Shown here: piece after piece, positions 37,506 to 48,597 of the stretch
Layout: the number at the start of each line of letters is the position of its first letter
How positions within the stretch are numbered: the stretch's first letter is position 1
Assembly (NCBI GenBank): GCA_024256165.1
Contig: JAKLZG010000091.1
Span: 8,045-72,044, forward strand
DNA from: Candidatus Methylarchaceae archaeon HK02M2
GTDB lineage: Archaea > Thermoproteota > Nitrososphaeria > Nitrososphaerales > JACAEJ01
Reading direction: 5' to 3'
DNA: 64,000 nt
Position numbers and translations under genes: made by a program
Notes under the pieces: generated by a model
What the model was told of the DNA's origin: nothing
Databases searched by the model: none
What the model saw: the letters and a program-made list of their open reading frames with translations, nothing else

Positions 37506-38676
37506 TTAATAAGTCATGAGTGTCTTTAAGAGAGATTTTTACATTCTGGGCCCTTTTTAAGTAATGTGCTGCTTTACATGAGTTTGTAGCGATAATATCA
37601 ACTTCAAGATGAGAAATTATAGGCGTAAATACAGCACAAGTATTACAAATGAATTTTGCCCCTGCACCTTCAATCTTTTTAGTATAACCTTTTCGCTTCG
37701 CTTCCTCGTAAGCCCTTCTTGAACAGAATATGAGGCATCTTTTATTAAATTTCTTACCTTCGACGATATCGGAGATTTCATGTATCTCTTGTATATTCAA
37801 ATGGGGGCAACCAAGAATAATTGCATCCTCCTCTTCTGTACCATCATTAAGTTCATCATAGGTTTTTATGAGATCACTTTTATCAAACCTTATACTTTCG
37901 CCATCAACTTTCTCATTTATTAAAAACATACCAGAAGCACCAGATGCTCCAATAGAAGAGCAAAGTGCTTTAGCCTCTGACGAGATTGGACTTTTAATAC
38001 CTTGGAAAGCTATTGGTTCCCTTGCCATCTTTCCAGCAAAATATCCTAGAAGCCCGAATTTCATTGAGCCAGAAAATTCATCGATATTTACATGAATGGA
38101 GAGTGATGGTTTTCTATATTCATCAATATGTAACTCCGAGCAAGGAGTTTTACCTGTTATCGCACTTGCAAGAGCACTCAATGCACTCTCACGATTCGTC
38201 CTTAAATCTAAAATAGAATTCGCATATATAGAAGCAGAGCTCTCAGCCCAACTCACATGACTACCTTTTACTTGTGAATGGAACCCTTCGTAAGGTGTAC
38301 ATGTAAAAGAATCAGTCACACCCAACTTCCTGTACGATTGTATTATCTTCATCTGTTCAGATAGATATTTTTCATCAATGATAAAATCAGATGTATCTGT
38401 TGGATCTATTCCTAAAGGGTTCACAGTCGTAGGAATGGAAACTTTAGCGTTAAGGCTATAACTCTCAAGGAACTCTCTACCATGCTCTCCAATGGTTGAA
38501 TATGAAACTCCAGAAATATGAGCGGATGAAATTTCGATCAGATGACTTGCATCTGTTAGACGACCAACAGATAACAGTATCCTATAAGCGATCTCAAGGG
38601 CTTCACCATACTCTCCTTCAAGAGCTCTTTCTTCATAATTTGTTAGGTACAGATCTCTCACCATAGATCTTGACAA
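37489..38676 (-). CDS. Aconitase X catalytic subunit (DUF521); phosphomevalonate dehydratase large subunit
   Basis: AHISGVSY, T.NP, TCTPY, WAESSA...ANS....RTNRE, GCPH, TC, TNS.KAAHY. Confidence 0.9.
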   Translation of the reverse strand: MSRSMVRDLYLTNYEERALEGEYGEALEIAYRILLSVGRLTDASHLIEISSAHISGVSYSTIGEHGREFLESYSLNAKVSIPTTVNPLGIDPTDTSDFIIDEKYLSEQMKIIQSYRKLGVTDSFTCTPYEGFHSQVKGSHVSWAESSASIYANSILDLRTNRESALSALASAITGKTPCSELHIDEYRKPSLSIHVNIDEFSGSMKFGLLGYFAGKMAREPIAFQGIKSPISSEAKALCSSIGASGASGMFLINEKVDGESIRFDKSDLIKTYDELNDGTEEEDAIILGCPHLNIQEIHEISDIVEGKKFNKRCLIFCSRRAYEEAKRKGYTKKIEGAGAKFICNTCAVFTPIISHLEVDIIATNSCKAAHYLKRAQNVKISLKDTHDLLIEGCK

Positions 38677-38742
38677 TTGTCCACTATAATCGATAGTTCA
38701 TAAATTTAAAGACCCAATAATATATATGATTGGTGGTAACTC

Positions 38743-40092
38743 TTGGTAAAAAACCATTCATTGGACTTAAGAAGTTTTTTGAGTATATTAGAGAAAAAAG
38801 GACAGATGCTCAGGATAAAGAAAGAGGTCTCTTATTTACATGAAGCAGCGGTGATAATGAAGAAGCTTGATAGAGGTCCTGCACCTTTCTTTGAGAAGAT
38901 ATGTTATTCAGACTATCCTCTTGTCAGTGGTGTTTGTAACACAAAAGAGAAAATCTGCCTAGCCATCAATACATCTTTGAATAATCTCCATGATAAGATT
39001 TCTTCATCTATTAACGATCCTATAAATCCAAAAATTGTAAAAAATGGACCATTTAAGGAATATTCAGAGAAACCCAATGTAAGTAAATTTCCCATACTTA
39101 AGCATTATGAGAAGGATGCTGGAAGGTACATAACAGCTGGTGTAGTCTTTGTAAAGAACGCAGAAACAAATACTCAAAATGCATCTATACACCGTTTGCT
39201 ACTCCTAGATGATGATCATTTAGCAGTACGTGTAGTGGAAGGTAGGCATCTTCACAGATGCTTGCAACTTTCCAAGCAGATAGGTAAGCCCCTCGAAGTA
39301 GCAATAGCAATTGGCGTCCATCCAGCAGTTTCTCTGGCTGCTGCTTGCCAAGTACCCTATGGTATGGATGAGATAAAAATTGCGAATTCCATTTTAAATG
39401 GTGCCTTGAAAGTTTCAAAGTGTGAAAATGTGGATTTAAGTGTTCCAGCAAACTCCGAGATAGTACTAGAAGGTAGGTTCATGATAGATAGAGAAGAGGA
39501 GGAATTCATGGCAGATATGCTAAACGTATACGATCACCCAAGGATGCAACCAGTGATCGAAGTCACCAATATTCTTCATAGAAAAGACCCGATATATCAA
39601 GCAATACTCCCAGCAGGGAGCGAGCACCGTCTACTCATGTCTCTGCCTGTAGAGATGAAACTATTCAAAGGAGTTAAAAATACTGTACCAACAACTAAAG
39701 CTGTTAACTTAACGGATGGTGGATGTAATTGGCTACATGCTGTCATTCAAATCAAAAAGACTCACGAAGGAGAGCCGAAGAATGCGATAATCTCGGCCTT
39801 CTCTAACCATCCATCATTGAAATTGGCTATAGTTGTAGATGATGATATAGATCCAGAAGATATTCAAAGCGTAGAGTTCGCTTTAGCCACACGCTTCCAA
39901 GGCGAAAAAGATCTTGTAATTATAGAGAATGTCAAAGGTTCAAGCTTAGATCCTTCTAGCGATCAGGATAATCTTCTTACAACTAAAATCGGTATAGACG
40001 CAACAATAAGTTTTACTAAACAAAGGGAAAAATTCGAGATAGCTAAGATACCTGGCGAAGATTCGATAAATTTTAAGGATTATCTTGATTGA
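38743..40092 (+). CDS. UbiD-family decarboxylase, probable anhydromevalonate phosphate decarboxylase
   Basis: P.L.HYE.D.G.Y.TAG, N.SIHR, EIVLEG, EH..LM, GG..WLH, VVD.DID, GSSLDPS, K.GIDAT; divergent from the AcnX genes. Confidence 0.88.
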   Translation: MVKNHSLDLRSFLSILEKKGQMLRIKKEVSYLHEAAVIMKKLDRGPAPFFEKICYSDYPLVSGVCNTKEKICLAINTSLNNLHDKISSSINDPINPKIVKNGPFKEYSEKPNVSKFPILKHYEKDAGRYITAGVVFVKNAETNTQNASIHRLLLLDDDHLAVRVVEGRHLHRCLQLSKQIGKPLEVAIAIGVHPAVSLAAACQVPYGMDEIKIANSILNGALKVSKCENVDLSVPANSEIVLEGRFMIDREEEEFMADMLNVYDHPRMQPVIEVTNILHRKDPIYQAILPAGSEHRLLMSLPVEMKLFKGVKNTVPTTKAVNLTDGGCNWLHAVIQIKKTHEGEPKNAIISAFSNHPSLKLAIVVDDDIDPEDIQSVEFALATRFQGEKDLVIIENVKGSSLDPSSDQDNLLTTKIGIDATISFTKQREKFEIAKIPGEDSINFKDYLD

Positions 40093-40429
40093 TAGGTCGT
40101 TCAAATTTAAGAATATCTTTAATTTCATTTAATAACTTCTTAAAAATCTGTGTATCTATTGGGGCTTTGATATATAATGATACTACTGAAATCCCATTGA
40201 CGATCATAGATGTGACTTCAGCAAATAATCTTGTGTAGATGTCGCCAAATTTGCTCGGAATAATTGAAATAGAATTCGCTCTATCTCCAACCTTCACCGA
40301 AAACGCCATCGAGCCTAACTTTGTCTCTTCTCCTTCAGAAATGATCAAGAAACAACCATTACTCGCTCTTAGTACTTGAAAAGAGAATTTCTTCTCATTC
40401 ACTATTACTTTTTTATTTAAAGAACTCAA
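40073..40429 (-). CDS. Conserved protein, possibly proteasome assembly chaperone (PAC3/PAC4)-like
   Basis: Last gene of the proteasome/exosome operon; NG.F..ISE....LGSM..S beta-rich pattern. Confidence 0.5.
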   Translation of the reverse strand: MSSLNKKVIVNEKKFSFQVLRASNGCFLIISEGEETKLGSMAFSVKVGDRANSISIIPSKFGDIYTRLFAEVTSMIVNGISVVSLYIKAPIDTQIFKKLLNEIKDILKFERPINQDNP

Positions 40430-40440
40430 ATCTTATCAGA

Positions 40441-40755
40441 TTAATTTTTCTTAACCCCTTCGAACAATTTTACAATCATGCCGATTAATCTTAAATAAGA
40501 ATTTATTCCAGCTCTTAACTGGGAAATATCTCCTCCTTTTATATTCAGAATCAGTCTACCTTCATTGTGTACGATCTCAACCTTGAGGCGCGATTTTGAT
40601 AATAAGTCTGGCTCAAATGCAAGGTGGGTAATTTGTGCCAAATCTTTGTCTAATTTAGCCTCTATTCTGGCTTCTAATCCTTTGATAATATACCCTTTCT
40701 TAGGAGATTTTGATCGGAGTAACGTCATAAGCTCTTCCAGCCATGGTAAATCCAC
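40441..40755 (-). CDS. pcc1: KEOPS subunit Pcc1 (start probably downstream, 40728 or 40689)
   Basis: A..PD, L.L.I...D...LRA.INSYLRLI; position after rpl37ae. Confidence 0.82.
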   Translation of the reverse strand: MDLPWLEELMTLLRSKSPKKGYIIKGLEARIEAKLDKDLAQITHLAFEPDLLSKSRLKVEIVHNEGRLILNIKGGDISQLRAGINSYLRLIGMIVKLFEGVKKN

Positions 40756-40927
40756 ACGACCTGCATTGCCATATGCCCAAGCTTTTTCTTTTTAATTTCC
40801 ATGCACCACAACTAGGACACATCCTTTTCAGCTTTAGAGTGGTGTATATCCTCCCATACTTTTTTCTTAATGATGATCCATACTTTGTACCGAGTCCTTT
40901 TAACCCTTTTCTTTTACCTTTTCGCAT
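40700..40927 (-). CDS. rpl37ae: 50S ribosomal protein L37Ae (eL43)
   Basis: G.KYG.SLRK, CPSCG...LKR...GIW.C..CG...AG.AY. Confidence 0.93.
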   Translation of the reverse strand: MRKGKRKGLKGLGTKYGSSLRKKYGRIYTTLKLKRMCPSCGAWKLKRKSLGIWQCRSCGFTMAGRAYDVTPIKIS

Positions 40928-41747
40928 CTTTAATACTTTCCTTTATGATCTTTCTGATTTCCTTTGCCTTAGTTTTAGCAATGTTGACCGCCAATTTGAC
41001 TTGATCAAAGTCAAGGGTTCCAGGCAAACCTTTCTGCCCTGCACGGATATTACCTTCATCATCGAATGTAAAGGTTATTCTAGTATCCATAACAGCTTCC
41101 TCTTCAGATGTTGGGTCTATAATAAATTCATCACCAATTTTCGCAAGAGTTATAGAAACAGGAATACAGTTTATATGTAAATGGGTTGACTCCTCTTCTT
41201 GTGTTATCAGTTCATTCTGATCGATAGAAAATTTTGGCATAGTAGATGTAGCGAGTGCGGCAACAGTAGCATATGAAACAGCATCGAATAAATTACCATC
41301 AGTATCTAGAATGTCCACATCGATGAAGACAGCATATACTTTCTTTCCTTGGATCAATACAAGCTTTGAAAGATCAATCATTTGGGACTCTCTAATTCCT
41401 CGATCTACAACCCTGGCTAATTCTATCGCATCCTCATCAGGGGGACCTGGCTCGGCATAAGCCGAAGAAAGAGGTAAGACTTCTGCATTTACAACTAAAA
41501 GTCCCTTTTCTGGTGTATCAGGAAACGGTTCACCTATGTCTATCTTAACACCTGCTATCACTTGTGTATTGCCGATCTGAACTCGAGCTGAACCATTAGC
41601 CTTTTCTATAATGCCAGTTTCTATCTTAATAGGACGAAAATCAAGTAAGTCTCTACCATCTAATCTTTTCTCTTTTGATAAGAACTCCACTATTTGCGCC
41701 TTTCTTAGTCTCTCAACTACCATTGATTTTTTTACTGCAGACATCAT
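40914..41747 (-). CDS. rrp42: Exosome subunit Rrp42
   Basis: R.DGR....[44 protein letters not shown]. Confidence 0.96.
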   Translation of the reverse strand: MMSAVKKSMVVERLRKAQIVEFLSKEKRLDGRDLLDFRPIKIETGIIEKANGSARVQIGNTQVIAGVKIDIGEPFPDTPEKGLLVVNAEVLPLSSAYAEPGPPDEDAIELARVVDRGIRESQMIDLSKLVLIQGKKVYAVFIDVDILDTDGNLFDAVSYATVAALATSTMPKFSIDQNELITQEEESTHLHINCIPVSITLAKIGDEFIIDPTSEEEAVMDTRITFTFDDEGNIRAGQKGLPGTLDFDQVKLAVNIAKTKAKEIRKIIKESIKDAKR

Positions 41748-42469
41748 TCCTCACCGGATTCATCCTCGCCAAAGTATTTATTGATCAACGCTTCACGTTG
41801 AACTTCATAAATATGCCTACAGGCATTAAGAGCCATTTTAAATCCCTTCTCGAACTCCTCTGGAGTTAAGATACCATCTAGTTGGAGAAGAGTTGTTTGA
41901 TTAAGGTTTGGCATAATAGCAATAGGCATATCAGCTTCTCCCTCTTTATCTTCTCTATCATCTAGATCCAAAACAACTTGTCCAGATATCTTACCAACTG
42001 CACAAGCAACAACCATATCACGCATGGATATACCAGCATCAGCAAGAGCAACTGCAGAAGCTGTGATCCCAGCGCATCTAGAACCACCATCTGCTTGTAA
42101 TACTTCTAGATAAACATCTATGCCCGTCCTTGGGTATTCTTCCAATATAAGGGCAGGTTCTAAGGCTTCCCTTATGACCTTAGATATCTCAATTTCACGC
42201 CTTGAAGGTTGTGGATGTTTACGAGTATCTGTTGAGAAGGGAGCCATATGGTAACGACATCTTAAAAAAGATCTATCGGGTAAAGAAAGATGTTTAGGAT
42301 GAACACTTTTTGGACCGTATACTGCAACCACGATCTTATTCTTCCCAAACTCTATATATGAAGAACCATCAGCATTCTTAAGTATACCTACTTCGATTTT
42401 TAATGGTCTTAGCTCATCTAGCTTTCTACCATCTATCCTATGACCTTTTTCATCTATTAGACTTATCAA
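41744..42469 (-). CDS. rrp41: Exosome subunit Rrp41
   Basis: [39 protein letters not shown]. Confidence 0.97.
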   Translation of the reverse strand: MISLIDEKGHRIDGRKLDELRPLKIEVGILKNADGSSYIEFGKNKIVVAVYGPKSVHPKHLSLPDRSFLRCRYHMAPFSTDTRKHPQPSRREIEISKVIREALEPALILEEYPRTGIDVYLEVLQADGGSRCAGITASAVALADAGISMRDMVVACAVGKISGQVVLDLDDREDKEGEADMPIAIMPNLNQTTLLQLDGILTPEEFEKGFKMALNACRHIYEVQREALINKYFGEDESGEE

Positions 42470-43149
42470 TCTTTAACCCCCTTCGATTCTGACAAAAAAT
42501 TTTGAATATTTTTTGTCAGACTTGCCATATGGGCTTTTGACTCAACCATCTTGATGGCTTGAGTTGCGAGTAGAATACCATCAGGTGGACCGGTTATTAA
42601 AATGATCCCATTCTGACCTATAATTAGTTTACAATTGGTAGCAGACTCAACTGTCTTTATCATAAACCCTTTTTTACCTATTAACCTAGGTATCTTGGCA
42701 GAATTTATCTTAATGATCTCTCCCTTTGGAATATGTCCTAGATTCGGCCCCGAGATACTTAAAAGGGGATCCCTCGTTCGATCATAAGCAAGAACTTTTG
42801 CATAGATCAAACTTCCAATAGGAAATTTCTTTAAAAGGGATTCGCGATCGGGTGAGAAATCTCTGCCGAATACGTTCTGAGCAAGAAGATACGCGAAGAA
42901 GCATGAGTTGATGTCGACCTCCCATGAGAATGCCGAATGATCAACTATCTTGCCTATGACAAGATCATTAACTCTAGGAATATAAGGTCCACTTAAAGGA
43001 ATTACACGGATTCCTCCTTGGCTCATCTCAGCTAAACCAATCTTTGTTGAATAGTATTTATCGCCTACCCTGATTACATTATTAATTGTTTTATAATCCC
43101 CCTCGGCGATAAACTCACCAGGAGTCACGTACCTCCTTTTAAAAGCCAT
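42466..43149 (-). CDS. rrp4: Exosome RNA-binding subunit Rrp4
   Basis: V.PGE, Y.P...D.VIG.I (S1), PRLIGKKG.M (KH), GQNG. Confidence 0.95.
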   Translation of the reverse strand: MAFKRRYVTPGEFIAEGDYKTINNVIRVGDKYYSTKIGLAEMSQGGIRVIPLSGPYIPRVNDLVIGKIVDHSAFSWEVDINSCFFAYLLAQNVFGRDFSPDRESLLKKFPIGSLIYAKVLAYDRTRDPLLSISGPNLGHIPKGEIIKINSAKIPRLIGKKGFMIKTVESATNCKLIIGQNGIILITGPPDGILLATQAIKMVESKAHMASLTKNIQNFLSESKGVKD

Positions 43150-43156
43150 TCTTGTC

Positions 43157-43846
43157 TCACTTTATGATCTTTACTTGTGTAGTTCCTTTAGTAACCGAAC
43201 CCAATTTATCAATCAATGAGGAATGAACTCCTGCTGGAATCTCTACGATTGTTGTTAGTGAGCCATCAGCTAACCATTCTTCTTTTTGAATTTCTCCGTA
43301 GCTCTTCAAAACACCAATAGTTTTAGGAGCAAAAAGAGGCTCGATTTTTAGCATAAGCTTCATTTTTTCTGATTTTAATGGCAAAACTATTCTCATTTTC
43401 TCAATGATATTCTTTACTTGCTCTTTGGCATCCTTAAAAGGATCGATTGAAATTTGTACCTCTGACAATGCCTGCTCAACTCTAACTCTAGGATGAGGTA
43501 AACTTGTTCTAGGATCGATAAAATTTTTACAGATAATAGAAATTATCTGCTTTCGTTTCTCTTCGATCAATGAACGTCTTTGTTCAGTTATTAACTGAAG
43601 CTCACCTTTCTTTAGAATAATTTCAGCCACTTTTGTTACAGATGTAGTATTGAAAATTTTCTCTAGCTTATCATCTGAAATGCGTAACCCTTTTGAAGCT
43701 TCAGAAAAAATTCCTTCAACAGCAATAATCTTTGTAAGATCGACTGGACGACCTAGTTTGTAATCCAAAGCTTTTTCTGGGTGGACTAATATCTCAAATC
43801 GTTCGCCACTAATCACTAACCTAACTGTGGTGAACTTACTACTCAA
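43157..43846 (-). CDS. Ribosome maturation factor SBDS/Sdo1
   Basis: GERFEILV.P, IF..A.KG, G.LQL..EQR, DP.T..PHP..R. Confidence 0.95.
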   Translation of the reverse strand: MSSKFTTVRLVISGERFEILVHPEKALDYKLGRPVDLTKIIAVEGIFSEASKGLRISDDKLEKIFNTTSVTKVAEIILKKGELQLITEQRRSLIEEKRKQIISIICKNFIDPRTSLPHPRVRVEQALSEVQISIDPFKDAKEQVKNIIEKMRIVLPLKSEKMKLMLKIEPLFAPKTIGVLKSYGEIQKEEWLADGSLTTIVEIPAGVHSSLIDKLGSVTKGTTQVKIIK

Positions 43847-43865
43847 ATAAACACCTGATTTTGCT

Positions 43866-44615
43866 TTATTCAGACTTACCTGTAGTTGGTAAATTCTCGC
43901 TTGCTTTTTCTGCGTACTTGGCTATCTCTTCTTCCTTAGGATAGCTCATCTTCCTTGTCTTTGTATCTATCAGAGCCATCTTTATGTGTTTAATTCCTAC
44001 TTTTTCCTCACTCACGAGATATATGCACTCTGCAGCTAAGACACAAGCACTCTCTAGACTCATATCGGGATTGTATTTTTTCTCCAGATATTCAGTTACT
44101 TGCTCATATCCTGCCCCTATAGCAACCCCATCATAACCCAAGTAAGTCCCACTAGGGTCTGTCGAAAAAAGTTCTGGTCCATTTTTACCAATACCAGCTA
44201 TAATCAAAGACACGCCGAAAGGCCTGACACCTGCATATTGGGTGTACTGTTGGTTCAAATCACCTATACGCTTAGCAATAGCTTCTACTTCAACAGGCTC
44301 ATCATATGTTAACTTACTTGACTGGGCAAAGATACGTGCATAATCTACTTGAACACGTGCGTCTGGTACGTATCCAGCAGCTGCAATTCCTATATGCTCA
44401 TCTATCTGAGAGATCTTCTGGCTAATATTTTGATTCTGTAACTTTCTTGCTCGCTCTTCAACAGCCAAGACTACGCCTTCTTTCACCTTTAGACCTAAAG
44501 CTAAAGTACCTCTTCTGACCGTTTCTATTGCATACTCAACTTGATATAGCCTTCCATCTGGCGAAAATATGGTAATCGCTCTATCGTATCCCGAACTAGG
44601 TGCAAACATAGCCAT
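43866..44615 (-). CDS. psmA: Proteasome alpha subunit
   Basis: YDRAITIFSPDGRLYQVEYA, RPFGVSL, TDPSG. Confidence 0.97.
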   Translation of the reverse strand: MAMFAPSSGYDRAITIFSPDGRLYQVEYAIETVRRGTLALGLKVKEGVVLAVEERARKLQNQNISQKISQIDEHIGIAAAGYVPDARVQVDYARIFAQSSKLTYDEPVEVEAIAKRIGDLNQQYTQYAGVRPFGVSLIIAGIGKNGPELFSTDPSGTYLGYDGVAIGAGYEQVTEYLEKKYNPDMSLESACVLAAECIYLVSEEKVGIKHIKMALIDTKTRKMSYPKEEEIAKYAEKASENLPTTGKSE

Positions 44616-44748
44616 TCACTTTAATTTAACAAGTCTTATATAAAGGGTTTAAAATCCTTTTTTATTATAAGATTAATTATATTTATTATTTATGGTATCT
44701 ATGTAGTTATGTTTAAAGTCATCCTATTGGGATATCTATGCGGTGAAG

Positions 44749-44946
44749 ATGCCAAGGCAGATTTTTAACGCTGATGAGTTTAAAAAGCTGTTAGAGAAAG
44801 CAAAAGAATGCCGTGTTGTAAAGAAAGAGGATACGGTAAAACTAAAGCTTAGAACACCTAAAATGCTTTATGTTCTTTTTACTTCGAAGGAGGAAGCGGA
44901 TAAACTTCTAAAAGACGTAAAGATCGAAGTGAAAGAGATAGAATAG
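44749..44946 (+). CDS. rpl38e: Ribosomal protein L38e (eL38)
   Basis: MP.QI....EF......A...RV.K....VKLKLRT...LY. Confidence 0.8.
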   Translation: MPRQIFNADEFKKLLEKAKECRVVKKEDTVKLKLRTPKMLYVLFTSKEEADKLLKDVKIEVKEIE

Positions 44947-45011
44947 AGCTATTGTATAGATAAAATCTGTAATGGAAAGACGAGAACCATATTTCTAAGT
45001 TGAGAAGGATT

Positions 45012-46268
45012 TTATATTGTATAGGTATCCCCAGTTTTAGGTGCCACAGCATCTAATCCTAACTCGGTTTTTAACTCTTCAGCAAACTGAATGCAATTCT
45101 TCTCCTCACCATGCACTGTGTACACTTTAGGGTCTCCCGTAATCCCTTTGAACATATCAAAGAGCTCCTTTCTACCGCTGTGAGAAGAGAAGTCGAAATG
45201 TCGTACTTCAGCTTTTACCTTTTTTGGCTTCCCATTTATGATCGCTATTTTCTTCTCCAATAAAGTCCTTCCTGGCGTCCCAGGCATCTGATATGAGACT
45301 AAGGCTATAGCATTTTTCGATCTTTTTGAAATTTCGGTCTTATAAAAAACAGCAGCACCCCCAACCAACATACCTGCTGGCGATATTATGACTGATGGCG
45401 TCTTAACGATGCGTCTTCTATGATTCCAACCTCTTATGAGCTCGATACTCTCAATACTTTTTCTGAAGAGTTCTGAGTCATACAGATATTCTGGATATCT
45501 AGATAGGATCCCATTAGTTTTCAAAGCCATACCATCCATAGCTACTGAATAAGGGAAGTTGTATTTTTTAAACACACACGCCATCTCCTGAGCTCTACCC
45601 ACAGAGAAGGCTGGGACAAAGAAAGTACCTCCTCGCTCTATGACCTCCCTTGCAAAGGTTATAAACTCCTTCTCCACATTATTGCGTTGTAAATGATCTG
45701 TTGTTGCATATGTACTTTCAGTTATTACTGCATCTAGTTCCTCAAAGTTTGTATTAGCACCTTTAAGCAGTAATGAATTATTTGCATTGATATCTCCCGT
45801 ATAAAGGAGCCTTTTTCTTTTACTCGTCAAAATAATGGATGCTGCACCAGGGAGATGACCAGAATTCAAAAAAGTAGTAGTGAATCCTTTTATGTTTACT
45901 ATTTCATTTAGATTGAGCCTATAGGTCTGATTAATCATAGAAAGTAAGTCTATATACTCAAAAGGAAGATAGAATCCAGAAATCCTTAAAAAATCTTCTA
46001 TCAGGAGTTGAGATAGCTCTAATGTCAATCCTGTGGTATATAGCTTTGTACCCTCAGATATAAAGAAGAGAGGGATTCCACCACTATGATCGAGATGAGC
46101 ATGTGAAAGAAGAATTGAATCTACATTTCTTGGTTGAATATGCATTGGGAATGCTGGTGGTCTTGTTAGTTGAACTCCAAAATCTAACAGAACTCTCCCT
46201 TCTATATTCTCGATTAAAAAAGCAGATCTTCCTACTTCTCTTGCACCGCCTAAAACTGTTATTTTCAT
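45012..46268 (-). CDS. Metallo-beta-lactamase beta-CASP ribonuclease (aCPSF2-like, no KH domains)
   Basis: LGGAREVGRS, SHAHLDHSG, GH.PG, YTGD, ESTY, P.FSVGR.QE, FSSH, VHGE. Confidence 0.92.
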   Translation of the reverse strand: MKITVLGGAREVGRSAFLIENIEGRVLLDFGVQLTRPPAFPMHIQPRNVDSILLSHAHLDHSGGIPLFFISEGTKLYTTGLTLELSQLLIEDFLRISGFYLPFEYIDLLSMINQTYRLNLNEIVNIKGFTTTFLNSGHLPGAASIILTSKRKRLLYTGDINANNSLLLKGANTNFEELDAVITESTYATTDHLQRNNVEKEFITFAREVIERGGTFFVPAFSVGRAQEMACVFKKYNFPYSVAMDGMALKTNGILSRYPEYLYDSELFRKSIESIELIRGWNHRRRIVKTPSVIISPAGMLVGGAAVFYKTEISKRSKNAIALVSYQMPGTPGRTLLEKKIAIINGKPKKVKAEVRHFDFSSHSGRKELFDMFKGITGDPKVYTVHGEEKNCIQFAEELKTELGLDAVAPKTGDTYTI

Positions 46269-46432
46269 AGAAAGAACAGTTTTTGAATAAGAGTTACTTA
46301 AATATATGTGATTCTAGGCGATATACGTTTTGATATTTAATTGATGACAGTTTTCAAATGGGTAGTTACTTTGAAGATTCTAGAATATTATCCATCGCAA
46401 CTATAATTACGAATTTAACCAAGGTAATCTAA

Positions 46433-48028
46433 CTAAACTTGACTTAAAGAATTGATGATATCTTCGATTTTTTTTAACGCACTATTAAAGCTATTTTTTG
46501 TATCATCAATATCATCAATTATATAGCAATTAAATAGTGAACTGGATATAATTTTAAATAATGAATTGTAAGCTTTCAAGTGATTTAGCAGGATAATCTT
46601 ATTAAATGAGTTTCTTTTAACAAATTCTTTCACATGTTTCACCACTTCTTTCATAACTTTGTAATCTAGTTCGAGGGAGCTTAAGTACTGTGATAGAGGA
46701 TAAACATCGGAGATTTCCACGGGTACTATACCAAAAGGAATTGATAAAAAAGCTACTTGAACTTTTTTTAGTTCCCCACCAAGACCCTTAATCAATTTGA
46801 TATATGATGGTGATTTATAGAAAGGTTTGACTTCAGATTCAGGAAGCAGTAAAAGAACCTTTTTCTTTATAGATACATCTTTTAAGAATCTTTCTAAGTA
46901 TCTTAAGACTTCAGGTCTCATTAGATCTTGATTCTCAGAAAAGAAGATTGATTTAGGTTTAAATAATGGCGTCCCATTTTCTAAAAATTCATAATTCTTA
47001 TTTAATGACCTAAAAAACTCCCAAAGTTTTGGGTGAGCTTTAGCCTTCGTACCAAGGTACTCCCAAATTCTACCATCCTTTAAAGCTTGTTTTGTTGTCC
47101 TCATTTCCTTTAAAAGAACGTTCAAGTTATGTATGGCTATCTTCTGAACTTTCTCTTCAACCTCAAACCCCTTAATTTCCTTTAATGTATGCGTTGTACA
47201 TATCGAACAATTACATGGTAGAAATGTAAGTTCATCCAACTTTGCAGTGCCGTAATCAGTCATATAGCGTCCTTCTCTAGCATATAATATATAGGATGCC
47301 GAATCAAAAAGATCACAACCAAGTGCCACGATAAGAGGGATCGTTAATGGATGCCCAGCGCCAAATAGATGTAGGGGCTTATTAATTGGAAGAATTTGCT
47401 TAACTGTAATTATCATCTGAGCTAATAAATTAAAGTTGTAAGATTCCATGACCTCTGTAGGACTTCCCAGAGCAAATATATCAAATGCCATCTTTCCAGT
47501 TAGCTCTGCAGATCTCTTTAAAAGGTCTATATAGCTACCACCTTGAATAGGACCAATCCAGAGTATTCTATTTGCTCTAACTGCTTTTAATGTTTCTTTA
47601 GCAGCCCTATATGTAATCTCAACAGTTTCACTAGCTCGCTCTACATTTACATTGGTCCCTGTAGGTGTATCTAGTACGATGGCTATGTCTGATCCAATTC
47701 TTTCTTGAAAGCTAGCCATCTCCAAAGGTGTGACTTCTATATCTCCATACTTCAGAATTTGATAGCCACCTGAATCTGTCATAATTATGCCATTAAAATC
47801 GACTATCTTGTGTATCCCTCTTTCTTCTGCTATTTTGCCAAGTGTTTTCAATGTTATATATGCATTCGTCATCACTGCTTTGAAACCGATTGCTGCAATT
47901 TCTTTAGGTGTAATACTTTGCCTTATTGGGTGAATTACGGGTAAGATACAAGGAGTCTCTAATGAACCTCTCTTGGTCTTTATCTTTCCTATCCTGCCTG
48001 CTAGATCGGTCGTCTTTATCTCAAACAT
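46433..48028 (-). CDS. tgtA: Archaeosine tRNA-guanine(15) transglycosylase
   Basis: MFEI...DLAGRIG, MTDSGGYQ, LD.PTG, QGG, HLFGAGHP, G.DLFDSASY, C.C..C...HN. Confidence 0.93.
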   Translation of the reverse strand: MFEIKTTDLAGRIGKIKTKRGSLETPCILPVIHPIRQSITPKEIAAIGFKAVMTNAYITLKTLGKIAEERGIHKIVDFNGIIMTDSGGYQILKYGDIEVTPLEMASFQERIGSDIAIVLDTPTGTNVNVERASETVEITYRAAKETLKAVRANRILWIGPIQGGSYIDLLKRSAELTGKMAFDIFALGSPTEVMESYNFNLLAQMIITVKQILPINKPLHLFGAGHPLTIPLIVALGCDLFDSASYILYAREGRYMTDYGTAKLDELTFLPCNCSICTTHTLKEIKGFEVEEKVQKIAIHNLNVLLKEMRTTKQALKDGRIWEYLGTKAKAHPKLWEFFRSLNKNYEFLENGTPLFKPKSIFFSENQDLMRPEVLRYLERFLKDVSIKKKVLLLLPESEVKPFYKSPSYIKLIKGLGGELKKVQVAFLSIPFGIVPVEISDVYPLSQYLSSLELDYKVMKEVVKHVKEFVKRNSFNKIILLNHLKAYNSLFKIISSSLFNCYIIDDIDDTKNSFNSALKKIEDIINSLSQV

Positions 48029-48041
48029 TCGTAAATTACAC

Positions 48042-48458
48042 TTACTTTGTAATTTCACTTACAAATTCATTATATACGGATTTCACCCTCTCAACGGCTA
48101 ATCCACTTCCTTCAACCCCTTGTTCTGTCACCTTTATCTTATCCATAACTATGATAGACCTTATGTCTTCCCTTATCTTAACCAATCCTGGGAAGACTCT
48201 ATTTAGTCTTTCAGCAAGAGCTTTCAGATCGAAAGGTTTTTCCACTAACCTTATTTCCTTGATAAAGTCTCTGTTCAATAGAACTTTGTAGACATTTTCA
48301 CCCACACCAGAAACATTATCTAAGATAACGTTAAGGTTTCCATCGACACCAACAAGATCACCTTCATAAATTCTACCTTCCGATGTCTCTAAAGCAACCT
48401 TCCGACCTATCATAGAAACGACCTCATTTGTAAACTTCTTGTTAATAATAGAAGACAT
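48042..48458 (-). CDS. Extended Sm-like protein (SmAP3-type Lsm)
   Basis: Sm1 (Y.G.L.GVD.NLN.IL), then C-terminal FDL.AL..RL..VFPG.V domain. Confidence 0.85.
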   Translation of the reverse strand: MSSIINKKFTNEVVSMIGRKVALETSEGRIYEGDLVGVDGNLNVILDNVSGVGENVYKVLLNRDFIKEIRLVEKPFDLKALAERLNRVFPGLVKIREDIRSIIVMDKIKVTEQGVEGSGLAVERVKSVYNEFVSEITK

Positions 48459-48597
48459 ATTTCCCCCCACAATAATTAGATGATTATAAAGATAAAAATC
48501 ATTTTGTTTAGAAATCTATAAAGAACCATTTCTATGGACTTGATTAATATATACTCTAAGTTGTTATATTACTCCCATAAAGTTAAGTAATATAATT

